Below are positions 1 through 11,733 of a DNA stretch of 40,330 nt, piece after piece. The notes under the pieces are model-generated. The model was not told where the DNA came from and searched no databases. It saw nothing but the letters and a program-made list of their open reading frames with translations. The position numbers and the translations under genes were made by a program. Source of the DNA: Perkinsus olseni (lineage: Eukaryota). The stretch's first letter is position 1. The number at the start of each line of letters is the position of its first letter. Location of the stretch: the NCBI GenBank assembly GCA_013115125.1, contig JABANN010000313.1, positions 1 to 40,330 of the forward strand, written 5' to 3'.

Positions 1-233
1 TTGGCTTATTCTGGCACAAGACATCCGCTTGTTGAGTTTCCCCTAAGTGATATCCAAGTCAGTACCGCGACACGCGCAACTTGTGCGCACCTTTCGGTAA
101 GTGAAGAACTGGGGCCTAGTGGCCCCGCCTTAGGCGGGCCGCCTATGGCTACACCCTTCATCGACTACTGCCCAGAACTGTCATTCTGGGCAGGTTTTGT
201 CTTATCATCATCAATGCCTGCTCCATCAGGCCA

Positions 234-909
234 ATGCTACTACTGCCTTTGACGCGCGTACTCCCTCCCTACCCCGCGGGCCGTCGAGTGAATTACTACT
301 ACCAACGATGCTTCTCTGGTCATCACAGTCCTCCAAATCACTATGAAGTACTGGGCGTTAGAAAGACGTGAGGGGCTTATCACTGGGGAGGCGCTGCTGT
401 AGTTGGAGGCACCTCAGGGCCACTCGGGTCGAGATTAGTATGGCCTACAAGAGGCTGGCCAAGCGGTACCATCCCGACATGACCGGTGGGGACTTCACAC
501 TCACAGAGAAGTTCAGGCAGGTCACTAGAGCCTACAATGTACTGCACAATCCCACTTCGAGGAGAGAGTAAGTACACGGAGGAAGGGGCATCCTAGGTTG
601 ATCATGGAGGAACTCGGTTGGGTTAGATACGATGCCAAGTTACAGCAGGTTTCGTCAGGATACCACCACCAGACGTACCAGCGGCAGTCGCATAATCAAC
701 AGCAGCAGTATGGCGGAGAGGAGGAGGAGAGCATGGATGAGAAGAAGGCCCGGTGGATGCGAGAGGCTAGACCAATGTCAGGCTTCCAAATACTCACCCT
801 CTGGGTATTCATATTCGCAGTGCCATTCTTCGCGGTAATAATGGGCCACGGGTGGGGTATGTGGAAGGGTTACAGTGGGGGTAGACGATCCCGGGGACTG
901 CACGCTTGA
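234..909 (+). CDS. DnaJ (J-domain) protein with N-terminal presequence-like leader and C-terminal TM helix; 3 exons (234-367, 418-567, 627-909)
   Basis: Spliced translation gives [31 protein letters not shown]...FRQVTRAYNVLHNPTSRRE-YDAK (HPD motif). GT-AG introns at 368-417 and 568-626 restore the frame. The N-terminus is Arg-rich and acid-free; the C-terminus has hydrophobic ILTLWVFIFAVPFFAVIMG. Confidence 0.88.
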
Positions 910-1117
910 GGAGGCAGTCCGTGCTGTAAAGTCCGTGTAGAACTTGCGTGCGTGATCTTCGTGGCTGCCTTCAACGGCCCTGGACAGCGGTTGTTGAGAA
1001 TACATCTCACATAGCCAATTTTACGTGGGGGATGTGTGAAGCTTGATCTGCGAAGACATCTATTATGAATCGCTGCCCTATGCGCTGCTCAGTGAAACAT
1101 CAAGCTCACCATCACGC

Positions 1118-1748
1118 ATGCATCTCCGTATAACGGCACTACCACATTTCCCCCGCTTCGTGGGAAGGCGCTGTTCGCGTAGCACGGATGTGTGGACATC
1201 ACTTTTGCGTGAACGGGGGCTTCGTGCTCAGCTACGGTCGCTGCATCGGAGAGCTCACCCGCACGATCCTGATTACTGGAACGGCCTGTCTAGTGGCGGT
1301 AACCCGTATGGTGGACTAGGCCCCCCATCTACCGACCCCACGGACCCTGCCGCACGGAAGGATCTCGTACGAGCGTTTTGGAACCCCATTACAGAGAGGT
1401 AGCGCCGAGAGGCACTCGTGAGCGGGACGGACTTGGTGTGGCAGATGGGAGTGGCTGGGCGAAGCGCTGGACCCACCCTCGGCAAATGAGCTGCTAGGCT
1501 GGATCAACTCAATACAGCCGAACTATTTCGAGAGCAAGCTGAGAGAAGGTAGACTGGGATAGTGAGGAAGCTTGCAATTTGCTGTGTTATCGGCTCTACG
1601 TCAGGCAAAGCGGTGATGCCACTACGCTCCTCTACCGAGATCAAGGTGGGCTACGTCCCCTTGGACTGCACGGATACCCCTCCGATAGTACGGACTAGGC
1701 CAGCAGGTACTCGGAGGGAGCATGGAGGTGGCTAGAAATATCTCCTGA
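1118..1748 (+). CDS. Hypothetical spliced protein (possible organellar presequence); 3' end uncertain
   Basis: ATG at 1118 reads MHLRITALPHFPRFVGRR...FWNPITE. A GT-AG intron at ~1399-1444 continues it in frame as RWEWLGEALDPPSANELLGWINSIQPNYFESKLRE. Later exons are ambiguous. Confidence 0.35.
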
Positions 1749-2084
1749 GCATTCGCAGCGTGTGAACGGGATCGGCTCCGGGTCCAACTGGCGTGGCTAT
1801 GTAGGCTTCGTAGGTGTCTATGGACGCAGTACGGGAAGATGATCGTGTCCCGATGGAGGCTTTCCTTATTAGCCGTGCTTTCCATGGAACAGTCGCTACG
1901 TTTCTCAGCACAAAGCGCGCCGGGTGTCTCAGCGATTTCACGCAATAGTGGTCTTCAAAACTACTCCAGTCGCCAGCCGCTGCGGTCTTCGTTCTTTCGC
2001 CGCCTGGAATGATCAGGTCGTTGCGAGAAGTGGGATGGCGCTAAGCAGCAAGCATACGATGCTGAAACGCAAGAGGCCCGTCGG

Positions 2085-2369
2085 ATGGCCGCCTACTACA
2101 GGCAGCAAGCTCGCGGCCCCCCAGGGTACCACGGTCATCCGGGGAGCTACCCGCAACGCTACGGTGGCCCCCCACCACCGCCTTTCGGGTATCGAGAACC
2201 CCAGCCTGAGTGGCCCTCTGCGGTGAAGCACAGAGTGACTGGCGAAGGCATCATCCAACCATACCGTATCGTGGATGGCCATGCTAGTACTACTCCGAGT
2301 GGACCGCCGGCCGCGGCGCCTCCTGCTGGCCCACCTCCTCCTCCTCCTCCTCCCAGCGTGGTCTTCTGA
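2085..2369 (+). CDS. Small Pro/Gly/Tyr-rich low-complexity hypothetical protein
   Basis: ORF MAAYYRQQARGPPGYHGHPGSYPQRYGGPPPPPFGY...PPPPPPPPSVVF; it could instead be an exon of a larger gene. Confidence 0.35.
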   Translation: MAAYYRQQARGPPGYHGHPGSYPQRYGGPPPPPFGYREPQPEWPSAVKHRVTGEGIIQPYRIVDGHASTTPSGPPAAAPPAGPPPPPPPPSVVF

Positions 2370-2468
2370 TGACGTGTTGTGATAGTGGTTGATTTTCTAC
2401 CCACGGCTGAGGATGCGTTCGGCAGTTGTACAGGATGGGGTCTGTAGGCAGCACTCGCCATTCCCTCT

Positions 2469-3410
2469 ATGCTCCCGCGGCACTGGTTCATCGCCCTGCA
2501 CCTGCTGCTCCCTGCTGCAAGTCAGGACATCCTCGTGGACTACGACGACTATGTAGCCAGCCAGTCATCGAGTGTCTCGGTAGTGAGCCTCAGCTTTCTC
2601 TCGCCGTAGCCCTCCTCTCCCTCAGTCGTGTCCTTGCCCCTGTGTGGAGGAGCGGGATGGCCGCTGTAAAGTGAAGGCGGATGCCTTCTGTTACCAGCCG
2701 ATCTGCCCTAGTGGTTACTACCTGTCAATCTCCATACCACTCCTTCCGTACTTCATGATCATCCCTTAGATGCTGTGCCACCTGCACCGTCAGTACGTGT
2801 GCTCAAAGACTGAAGGACATGGTGACCAGTGCTCGCGGACGGAAGGTTCCCTCTTTGTTCTCCGCTGGTGTCGAGTCTCTTCCCCTCAGGAGTGCATCCT
2901 CTGCCCACCAGGGCACTACTGTGCCGGCTGTGACGTCCCTGAACGGTGCCCCACTGGAACGATCAACCGAGAGTAGCAGCCTTCTCATGGCGTCGTTAGT
3001 TTAGCTTATTAATCCGCTCGAGGTCATCCGCGGGGACTTCGCGAGATCTTTTCTGTCATTATCGCCAAAGGCGCGGCCCTTCGCCGCATCTGGCTAGCCC
3101 TGTGTCGCCGCCTCCCGTACCACTCCCTGCTGGTGTATAGAAGGCTGACTGCGTCCGTTGGTCGCCGTGATAGGTATGGCTTGAACCGCCTGGAGCACTG
3201 TGTAGCCTGCCCGAGAGGGTATACAGCCTCCGCCGACGCCACCCAGTGCTGTGATACAGAGGATTCTTGCACCGACTCTCGTACGTCGCCCTCTACACCC
3301 ACACTGGATCACCTGTCTGTTGTCTTCAGCCGAGTCCAGACCAGAGTGGGAGAGCATGTTTTGAGAGTACTGCCTCTGAGTGCTGTGTAGCATGGTGTTG
3401 ATGATCTATT
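2469..3410 (+). CDS. Secreted cysteine-rich protein with GCC2/GCC3 (ephrin-receptor-like) Cys motif; multi-exon, 3' end approximate
   Basis: Signal peptide MLPRHWFIALHLLLPAASQ. Spliced exons give SCPCPCVEERDGRC...CYQPICPSGYY, CCATCTVSTC, and ECILCPPGHYCAGCDVPERCPTGTINRE-YGLNRLEHCVACPRGYTASADATQCC. Confidence 0.62.
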
Positions 3411-3502
3411 GGAGTCTCAGTGTTCAGCCAATTCGCTGTCGCGTTAAGTCCGCAGGATGACCAGAGGGAGCTGGGGGCACTCAGTGACAACTATTTTTTT
3501 TC

Positions 3503-4168
3503 AATGCCAGAGAAAGGGCCCTCCTCGAGCAAGAGGGTGGCCGGTGGGAAGAGGCCGGGGTGCCTAAGATCCACCTATCAGTCATGTGCTTCCTGCTGTA
3601 CGAACACTCTGCAGTCGATCAGGAAGTGAGCCGGAAGGGGAAGGACGGCGTCTATAGTCCTCCCTCTGCTGCTGTCCAGTTTCTGTTGCCCCACGTACAA
3701 GTTGTATGAGGATGAAGAGGGGCCCGTCACACCCGTGCGTGTGGGGGTCCCTGTCCTTCAACCCGTACCTCAGACCACCATCACAGCAGCAGTCCAGCCT
3801 CAGGTCGCCCGCCATCCTTTAGTCCGGCGCGTCACCATTAACCTTAGGTCATTGGCAAGGCAAGCGACCCCGAGGATAAGAGGGCGAAGGCCGCAGCGGC
3901 AGCAGAGCAGCGCCAAGAGGAGCATCGCACTCGAGGTGGGAGAGCACTGATAACAGCGTTTGGTGCAGGCGTTCCATCGGCAGGCCTCGGAGATTCGGCC
4001 CGAGGCAGCTCCCTAGAGGAGGCTGCCCGGAAAGATGAGCTGATGGGTCGGATAGTAGAACTTTATACGGCCAATCGGGAGGACCCGCCGCTCGGACTGC
4101 GGCTCATGACGGTAGGCGAAGCATGCACTAGGAATCCTGCTGTTGCCACCCCTCCTGTGCAAGGTTAA
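3503..4168 (+). CDS. Hypothetical protein, structure unresolved
   Basis: Consecutive plus-strand ORFs (MPEKGPSSSKR..., YEDEEGPVTPVRVGVP...) separated by GT-AG-like segments; no recognisable domain. Confidence 0.25.
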
Positions 4169-4350
4169 ACAGCTCCGTGAACACTATCAGGCTTTGAAGG
4201 AACGTAATGACACGAATCATTGATATTTTATAAATGCCTCACCTTTTGACTCTCTCTCCTCATCTCAGTGTTGAGCACCAGTCCGGGCTGTTCAAAGGGC
4301 GGCGGCAGAGCCCTCATTGTCCTGTCGCAGGGGTTGCCCATCTATTTTGT

Positions 4351-7276
4351 ATGTCTTCATCTGCATCATCATCGTCGCCGGCGCCACCCAGTAACCCCTT
4401 CGCAGCCTTGTCGGTAGGGAAGAGCTTCAAGGTCAAGACTGTCGACCTCACAGTGGATGATGACTCGAAGGCTCGCAGCCGGAAGCACAGGAAGGACAAG
4501 AGAAAGCACACTCACCGTCACCACCGTGACGATGAGTCCCCTCACAGTCGAAAGCACCATCACCACCAGAAAAAAAGAAGGAGGTCTCCCAGCGTATCCA
4601 GCTCAGCGTCGGAGCCCGCTCGGGACAGATCAGAGCTACAACGCACCGGTGATGTGACGTTCACTGTGGGCTCCTTTGAGTTCTTTGCGGACTCTATTGG
4701 TTCGGCATTCGGCAACGGCAAATGCTTCCGTCCGGAGGTGCCACCTGTTCTCAAGCGTCTGGTGAATTCCGGTGGTCGTCGGGATGCCCTTCGTGATGCA
4801 CCGTTACGGTATTATGACAAGAAGGCGGTGGCCGCTACCAACGCTGTCATGCCCGACCACTGGGAGCCTCCTCGAGGCAAATGCGAGATGCCTGGGGTTG
4901 ATGACGCCTTCCTGGATATAGCACCTCCAAAGAAGGCTGAGACGGAGGGCCGTGGTGACGATCATCATGATGACGTTGACATAGCAGATGAGAGGGACTT
5001 GACAGTCTCGCTGGGTGAGCTGGAGTCGGAGAACCGCCGACTAGTGCAAGCTTGCCGAAGCCACCCGGAGAGGGTCAGCAACTGGATGGAGTTCATTCGC
5101 CATCAGAAGAAGTGGATGGCCAGTCTTGGTATAGACAAGGCAAGCATCGAGGACAAGATACGGACTATACTCGAGGATGCTGTCAAGAGCTCGCCGGGTA
5201 GGCTGTCGCCGCCGCCGCCGCACGGGGTTCCTATCTTCTCTTCAGGCACCCCTCGGCTGTGGCAGCTGAGACTACTGGACCACCCCTCGCCGGATCGGAA
5301 GCAGGATCGTGTCCTCTGGACTCGTGCTATGCGAGAACCCTCCGTGGCGAGCGCTCTTGCCAGCTCCTGCGTCCAGACCCTCATGGATAGTAGCACTCAC
5401 AGCGAGGAGGCTGGTCGGGACCCCGAGGCCCTGCTAGATGTTGTGACAGGCTCGGGCGTGCTCAGCTCCCTGAGTATGGAGGTTGTCTATGATACCCTCT
5501 GCCGTGTGGCCCTGTGTGACATGGAGAAGGCTGTGATGCTGTTCAGAGGCGTGGCCACTCGAGCACTCTTCCAGAAGGCATCCCCCGTACTTGGCACGCC
5601 ATCAGCCCACTACGCACTGGTTGGGCAGAACATAATGAACGTGAATCCGGGCTACCTAGGCGTGTGCGAGAGTGTTGATGCCTCCCAGTCCGCCCCGGAC
5701 GACGCCGATGATGTTGAATTCAAGCTCGGCCTGGCTCTGAAGAACTTCCCGGAGTCCCCCATTCTGGGTTGGGTAGCGAAGGAGTTCGCCTTGGAGGTCG
5801 CTCAAACGCCAAGGTCGGAGCTGACTCCCTCGGAGGCCCCTCTGGTTGGCAGACTCGCACGAGACTTGACCAAACGGGATGGCATAGAGCTGGTGATGAG
5901 ACTGGTGGACATCCTTTGTGGGAGCGCCATTAGTAAGCCAACATGCTCTGCCGTCGTGTCCTCTATCACCTCCCTCTGCTCCTCGACTAACTTGGATTAT
6001 CTACCACGTTCTTTTCTTAAGACCTGCGAATACCTCTCGGGTGAATGATATTGTCGTCGCTCCGCTCAACGGCGGCCTCGCATTGCCCCATTGTTGTTGG
6101 TTTTCTTTTTCAGATTCCCTGCAAAGATACTCCTGTCGGCATCCCTATCGTCTGGTGTTCCACGGCTACTTCGGTGACACGTCTCACCTGCCTGTGGTAT
6201 CGGGTGATGCTCGTCTCCTAGCGGCGAGGTGTCTGGCCCACGCCCTGCTTGCTTGCACCGCTGATGACATCGAGGAGTCCCTGCTCCTGCGGGAGCTCAT
6301 CGTTGCAGCCGAGCCCTCGACTGGTAGGGCTGTGGTGGCGACATCGACATCGTCAGTCAGGCTGTGGTCAGCTTATGCTATGACGCAGATGAAAGATGCG
6401 CAAGGAGTGGTAGAGAAGTGCGTTGCGTCCTTCGCCCACTGCCTCCCTCTCAAGGCCGGCTGGGCTCGCCATAAGCTGATCGACGGCGATCTCGCAGCCG
6501 CGGTACAGTGCATTGCCGATGGTTCGTCTAATGTCGCTGTAGCGAGTAAACTGGAGGAGCTGAGAGAGGGCTTATCCTCGGCGGAGCGGACAGATCCGCC
6601 GTGCATCGGCCTCCCATCGACCTTCGCCGCCTCCATCTGGTGCATCTGGTTACTCGGTATGGCGAAGAACCCACGGCATCCCGAGAAGCCGTTGGCCGAG
6701 TTTTGGCGTCTGCTGCCGAATCCAAGCTCAGCCGTAGGGGACATGTCCAATCGGTCGATCGAACTCGTATGCCAGTGGCTCATCGATGGCCTGCGCGGCC
6801 TGTCAGTCCCTGCTGTACTCCTCCGAGATGCCTGCCTAAAAGCTAGTACCCTCTTCCCAGGGCGACCTGAACTCCTACCCGACGCTTTGCCTACGAGGGA
6901 GCTCTGGCGGCTGCAGCCAATCGGTCGGGAATCCACCGCCAGCGCCGTCCTCGGAGTCCACTCGCCGGCTCTGCATGACCCTATAGCGGCTGCCTACGCA
7001 TCTTCTAAGCTGCCTACCGCCGCTCTTGAGGTCGCCAAAGTGATGCAGGCTGAGGATCGGTCCTCAGCGGAGAGGCACTGCCTGGCTGGCCTGGGGCGTC
7101 TGTCTATGCCTCACCGAGGTCTCTGGGCTATCCGCGTTGCCCTTATAGATAGCAAGATGATCGACTTCGAGGACAAGGTGGTTGATGTGGTCTGTGCTAT
7201 GTCAGAGGCCGGCATGGAGCCTAGAAGTGACATCGTCGAGTGGCTTGCTGCTGTGGAGGGGAGGGACGAGGGTTGA
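4351..7276 (+). CDS. NRDE-2-like HAT/TPR-repeat nuclear RNA-processing protein; 3 exons (introns 5198-5245 in-frame, 6041-6113)
   Basis: Lys/His/Arg-rich N-terminus and LRYY motif. ENRRLVQACRSHPERVSNWMEFIRHQ...ILEDAVKSSPGTPRLW, LWSAYA and the C-terminal GLW...AMSEAGMEPRSDIVE resemble NRDE2 landmarks. Intron 6041-6113 joins the 604-aa and 452-aa ORFs in frame. Confidence 0.6.
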
Positions 7277-7363
7277 AACGACACAGTGTACGGTTTCAGT
7301 GTAAACTTCTGTTGGGTTCATCAGCAGCATCATCATCCCCGGGGCGAACTTCCAGCATTCCCA

Positions 7364-8397
7364 ATGGACTCGATATTCTTTGAAGACGATGGCACCCAGG
7401 ATCACGGCGGGTGTTGTGCTAACCGAGAGCGTGCCGAGAAGGCGAGGCAGGCTAAGCTGCTCGCCGACTTAGAAGCAGCCAATGCTCGAGTAGGAGGCTA
7501 ACCGGCTGGGAGCGTTGCTTCTGCTGCTCCGCTCGCCGTTTGGTGGGCTCGGCCCCCTGGGAGCTCGCACAACTAAGCCTGCCATCGGCGGGTGTGCGTG
7601 TCGAGAGCTCCTGGGGCGGTATCGCTCCTGCCGAGCCCACCCCTCAGTATGTCAGTTACGTGTCCCGGGTGAGGACAGTCAGGTGAGGGATCACCTCGTC
7701 CGACTGTCACCGACCGACCGCGAGACTGGCTATTCTCAGGCGTTCACCGCTAGGCTGGCTGTCCATGCTGCGGTGGAGAAGTCGCTGAGGAGCCCCGCTG
7801 ACAGCCGACACCCCAGACAAGAGGAGGGCGCAGAGCAGTACGGCCGCTGCGTTGTTGAGGAGCCGAATCATCGTCCAGGTCCCCTCCTCACGACGAAGGC
7901 GTCGACGACGACGCTTCGCTGACGGCGGAGCGACTGTTGTCTTTGAAGGTGCCTCTAGTAAATTTCAGGAGGGTAGCGAGAATGACCGTCGGAGGGGACA
8001 ACGCTGGAAAGCCTGTTCTTGTATGCCTCTCCCCTTGCAGTGGAAGTGAGGAACCCCAGAAGGAACCGTGGATCGAGGTGGGCCGGACGGGGCTAGTCAG
8101 TCCCCTGTTGTCGCTTGTCAGCATCGAGTTCCGCAGGTTTTCCGTCATGCGGCTGCCGCCCTGGCGTCCTCGGTCTGTTGTGCAGCCTGCATCATTTGCC
8201 TGCCTAACAACCCTACGGCCACCTGTGGTGACTCTGAGTGTCAATGGAGGTTGGATTTACCTTCTAAGACGCCACAAGAAGAGCGGGCCGAGTTCAACTT
8301 CGCTAAGCAGTGTCTGTTGCCGATGATGATGTTTGGAACAGACCCCGTCATAATAGCGTGGTACGAGTTCGCCCCATTTTCCACCCGGGTAAATTAG
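7364..8397 (+). CDS. Hypothetical multi-exon protein, structure unresolved
   Basis: First exon MDSIFFEDDGTQDHGGCCANRERAEKARQAKLLADLEAANAR followed by a GT donor; downstream exons are ambiguous. Confidence 0.3.
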
Positions 8398-9381
8398 CAA
8401 TTTCCTCTCGTAGGCGTGGTCGTGGTATCAGTGGTATGATTTGCGGAAAGGAAAAACTCTCGGACCCTACTGCCGTTAACCGGGACGCACTGTCTAAGAT
8501 TACTGGCATATCCACCACGCCCAAGGTATAACAGCCAAACGTTTCGTTCCAATGAAGGACTGCGTTGAGTCGTTACGCGAGAGATGAGTGCACATACTTT
8601 CGCGACGCGAAAAAACCTTTCAGAGTGGTACGCCACTTCGCAGACTACTATGAGCTGCTCGTCTTAAACGAGGCTTCACACTCGCATAGAGTGCCACACT
8701 ATTTACAAACGTCAGAGATTGTTCACCACTTTACTATCATGTCATCAACGGCTTTGCCTGAGACAAGTTATAGCATTTGTCATCATTCACGTATTCATTC
8801 AAGCTGATGCCTCAGCGAGACGACTCTTTGAGTTGTGGTTATCAACATAGATTTTGTTGTTCTGCCTGGGGCGACAACGATAATCATCACGGGCACCATG
8901 ATCATAGACATTACTTTGAGATGTTCCGAAATCACCTGTCGAGTTGGCAACGGCCAAAACCGACCAAAAAAGGAAATTTCGAGTACCAGGCATTTCTCTC
9001 TTCGCGCAATGCGGCACTCACTGCTCGATATGACGAGCGAGCGAGCAATTTGAGCGCGTCTCATCAACCGACATTTTACAACATCATTAAACGAGAGTAT
9101 GGCAAACCTCCATAGCGCAAATCGATTAAATCGCACAAGCGAGATGGTAAAAAGCGCACGCCCAGATATTGGACTGACACAACAACTGTCCCTCGTCCAT
9201 ATAGAAAAATGCCGCTGTAATATCGAGGACGACAGATTGCATACCACAAACTGTTATCGTTAGCTATTATAACAATAAACAATGGTGCTACTGCAGCTCC
9301 GCTGCCACTCACAACCACACCTCGATTCAGCATCCCTTCAAAATGTATAGCCGTGTGTGCACTAGCGGTAGTCACTCCCCT

Positions 9382-11354
9382 TTAGAAGAGCACATTCCCT
9401 TGTTCCTTCTCCTTGTACAGTGTCTCGTAGTACTGATAAATGATGGTAACTGAAAGACAGAAATCATACAAAACGAGAGCCCAAGGACCGCCCGATATGG
9501 TCACGGAGAGCCACCACGACTACTCACCTGCGAGCAAGATACCAGTACCAGATCCAATTGCACCGAGCATATCAGCGAAGATAGTGAGGGCACCAATGCA
9601 CAGACCTGAAAAGAGAGATGAATTACTGGAGAGAGGACGTCAGACTCGTGTGATCACCTCCAAACGCAGCAGCGGTGGGGATGTACATGTTCAAGACATG
9701 CAACAGCGAAGTGTCACGATGTCCAGAGAAGATCATCTGACGAGGAGAAATAGGAAAGATAACACGACCGTCACCACACGACTAACCTCCTGATCTCTGA
9801 GCTGCTTGGCGACATCCTTGGGGCTGCTGCCGCTAACTTCGATCCAAGTCTTGGCGAAGAGGGCGCAACTTGTAAGAACGAAAGTCACATACACGACAAC
9901 GTGGATAGGGTCACTGATGGCGTCAGTGAAGCTGTTGGGAGGTGAGATGTAGTAGGCAATACCACCGACAGGGATGGACTGTGTACCGGCCATATCGACA
10001 TCCTGCCACTGACCTAGCAGGTTAACAATCATGTTGTTCTTGAATCTGACATGGTTGCAATAAACCTATCACACGCGTAGTGTCATGATACGCACCTTCT
10101 ATACAGTATTTGCGAGAAGAAGTACAAGTTGGAGACAAGAGCCGTCTGTAGGATGATGGGGATGTTTGAGGTGTAGAACAGCTTGATAGGGTAAGAGCCG
10201 GTCTGACCACGAACCTTCTGATACCTACAAGTAAAGTAGTGAACGACTCCTGAGTGACCGAGCTCACGGCTTACTTCACGGGTAGGTTCGCCTGGAACCC
10301 TTGGAAGTAGATAACGACGAAAAACACGATGGCAGTAGCGAGCAAATTAGTGAGGTTGGGGGCAGTAGAACGATAGAAGGCCTCCTTGAGAGCAAGGAGC
10401 TTATCGTTACGCGTGAACATCAAGTGGAAGAGAGCAATAATGGCTCCTTCGAACTCAGTGCCTGAGGAAAGACGCTATGGCGACTAACATCCCGGCCGCC
10501 GCTGAGCTGATGAAATCCTACCCTTGCCAGTGTTAAGCGTAGTGGGGGAGAAAGCCTTCCAGATCACGTTCTCACAGAGGTTGGTGGCGATGAACAGAGA
10601 GATTCCCGAACCCAGACCGTAACCCTTTTGGAGCAATTCATCCAACTGAGGTAATGACGCAATGAGCAGAACAACTCAGAATCACCCTCACTATTACCAA
10701 TAGGACGATAACGCCGGCGAAGAAGAGCTGGATGATGATAAGAAGGGCATTACCGGCACCGATCTCGGTAACATCACCATACATACCGGACATCACGTAA
10801 GCCGCTGCCTCTCCTAAGATGATGAGGATGCCTAACAGCTTTTGGGCTCCCTGAACAGAAGTGAAGAGTGATTTTTCCAAGCCGAATGATGATAACACCC
10901 ACGTTGAACAGGGCACGATCTTCCTTCAAACTCTGGTCAACTTCGATGATCTTAGAGCCGGCAAGAAGCTGCATTATCATACCGGATGTGATGATGGGCG
11001 AGATACCTGTGGCAGACGTGAAAATGAACAGACCAGGGCCAACAGCGGCGACTAGGCCGCTAGAAGCGCGATAAAAGGATAAGCAGAGACGCTGATGGGA
11101 CTTTCTCGGTTACGATTCTTACCAAGCTCCATCAGAGTCCCTCGATTAGACGCCAGAATGACACGCATCCAGTAGAAGGGATCAGCGTTCTTGTTAGTTG
11201 CAATCCCGTAGAGCGGAATTTGGCAACATACAAGGTAGATAAAAAGTGCCATAGCCGTCCACAGTATCTTCTCCTTGAAAGGGATTCGCCTGTCTGGCGA
11301 GGCAACCTCAGGCATGAGGAACATCGCCGGACGGACCAGATCAAGGAACCTCAT
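9382..11354 (-). CDS. SEC61A: Protein translocon Sec61 alpha subunit (~10 exons)
   Basis: MRFLDLVRP...[10 protein letters not shown]...[89 protein letters not shown]; last exon [22 protein letters not shown] (stop at 9382-9384). Confidence 0.97.
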
Positions 11355-11733
11355 GGTTAATGGACAAGGACGGAGGTATGGTAACTAAACAGTTGCTGCA
11401 GGGTAGCTGCACGTGGCTCGAGGATCGGAAAAAACCTCGGCGCTTTGGCGCTCGCCCTGGCAATCGATATAGTTTTAAAGTGGGGAGCGTCTTGAAGGAT
11501 TCTTGCGCCGAACCGCTCTAGTAAAACCTATAATATCTGTAAAGTGTGAGGACCTTACAGTGAGGTTATCCTGGGAAAATTTCTCATCCTACTGGAACCG
11601 TATCTTAGCTTGAGCGTCCGTGAACTCGGATTTTGTTGCATCGACGCAACATGGAGGAGGGCGCAGTGAGAATGGTGGCTGTTGGTGTGATGGAGACGGA
11701 TGGATAGTTGAAAGCTTCCACTTGCTTTGTGTT

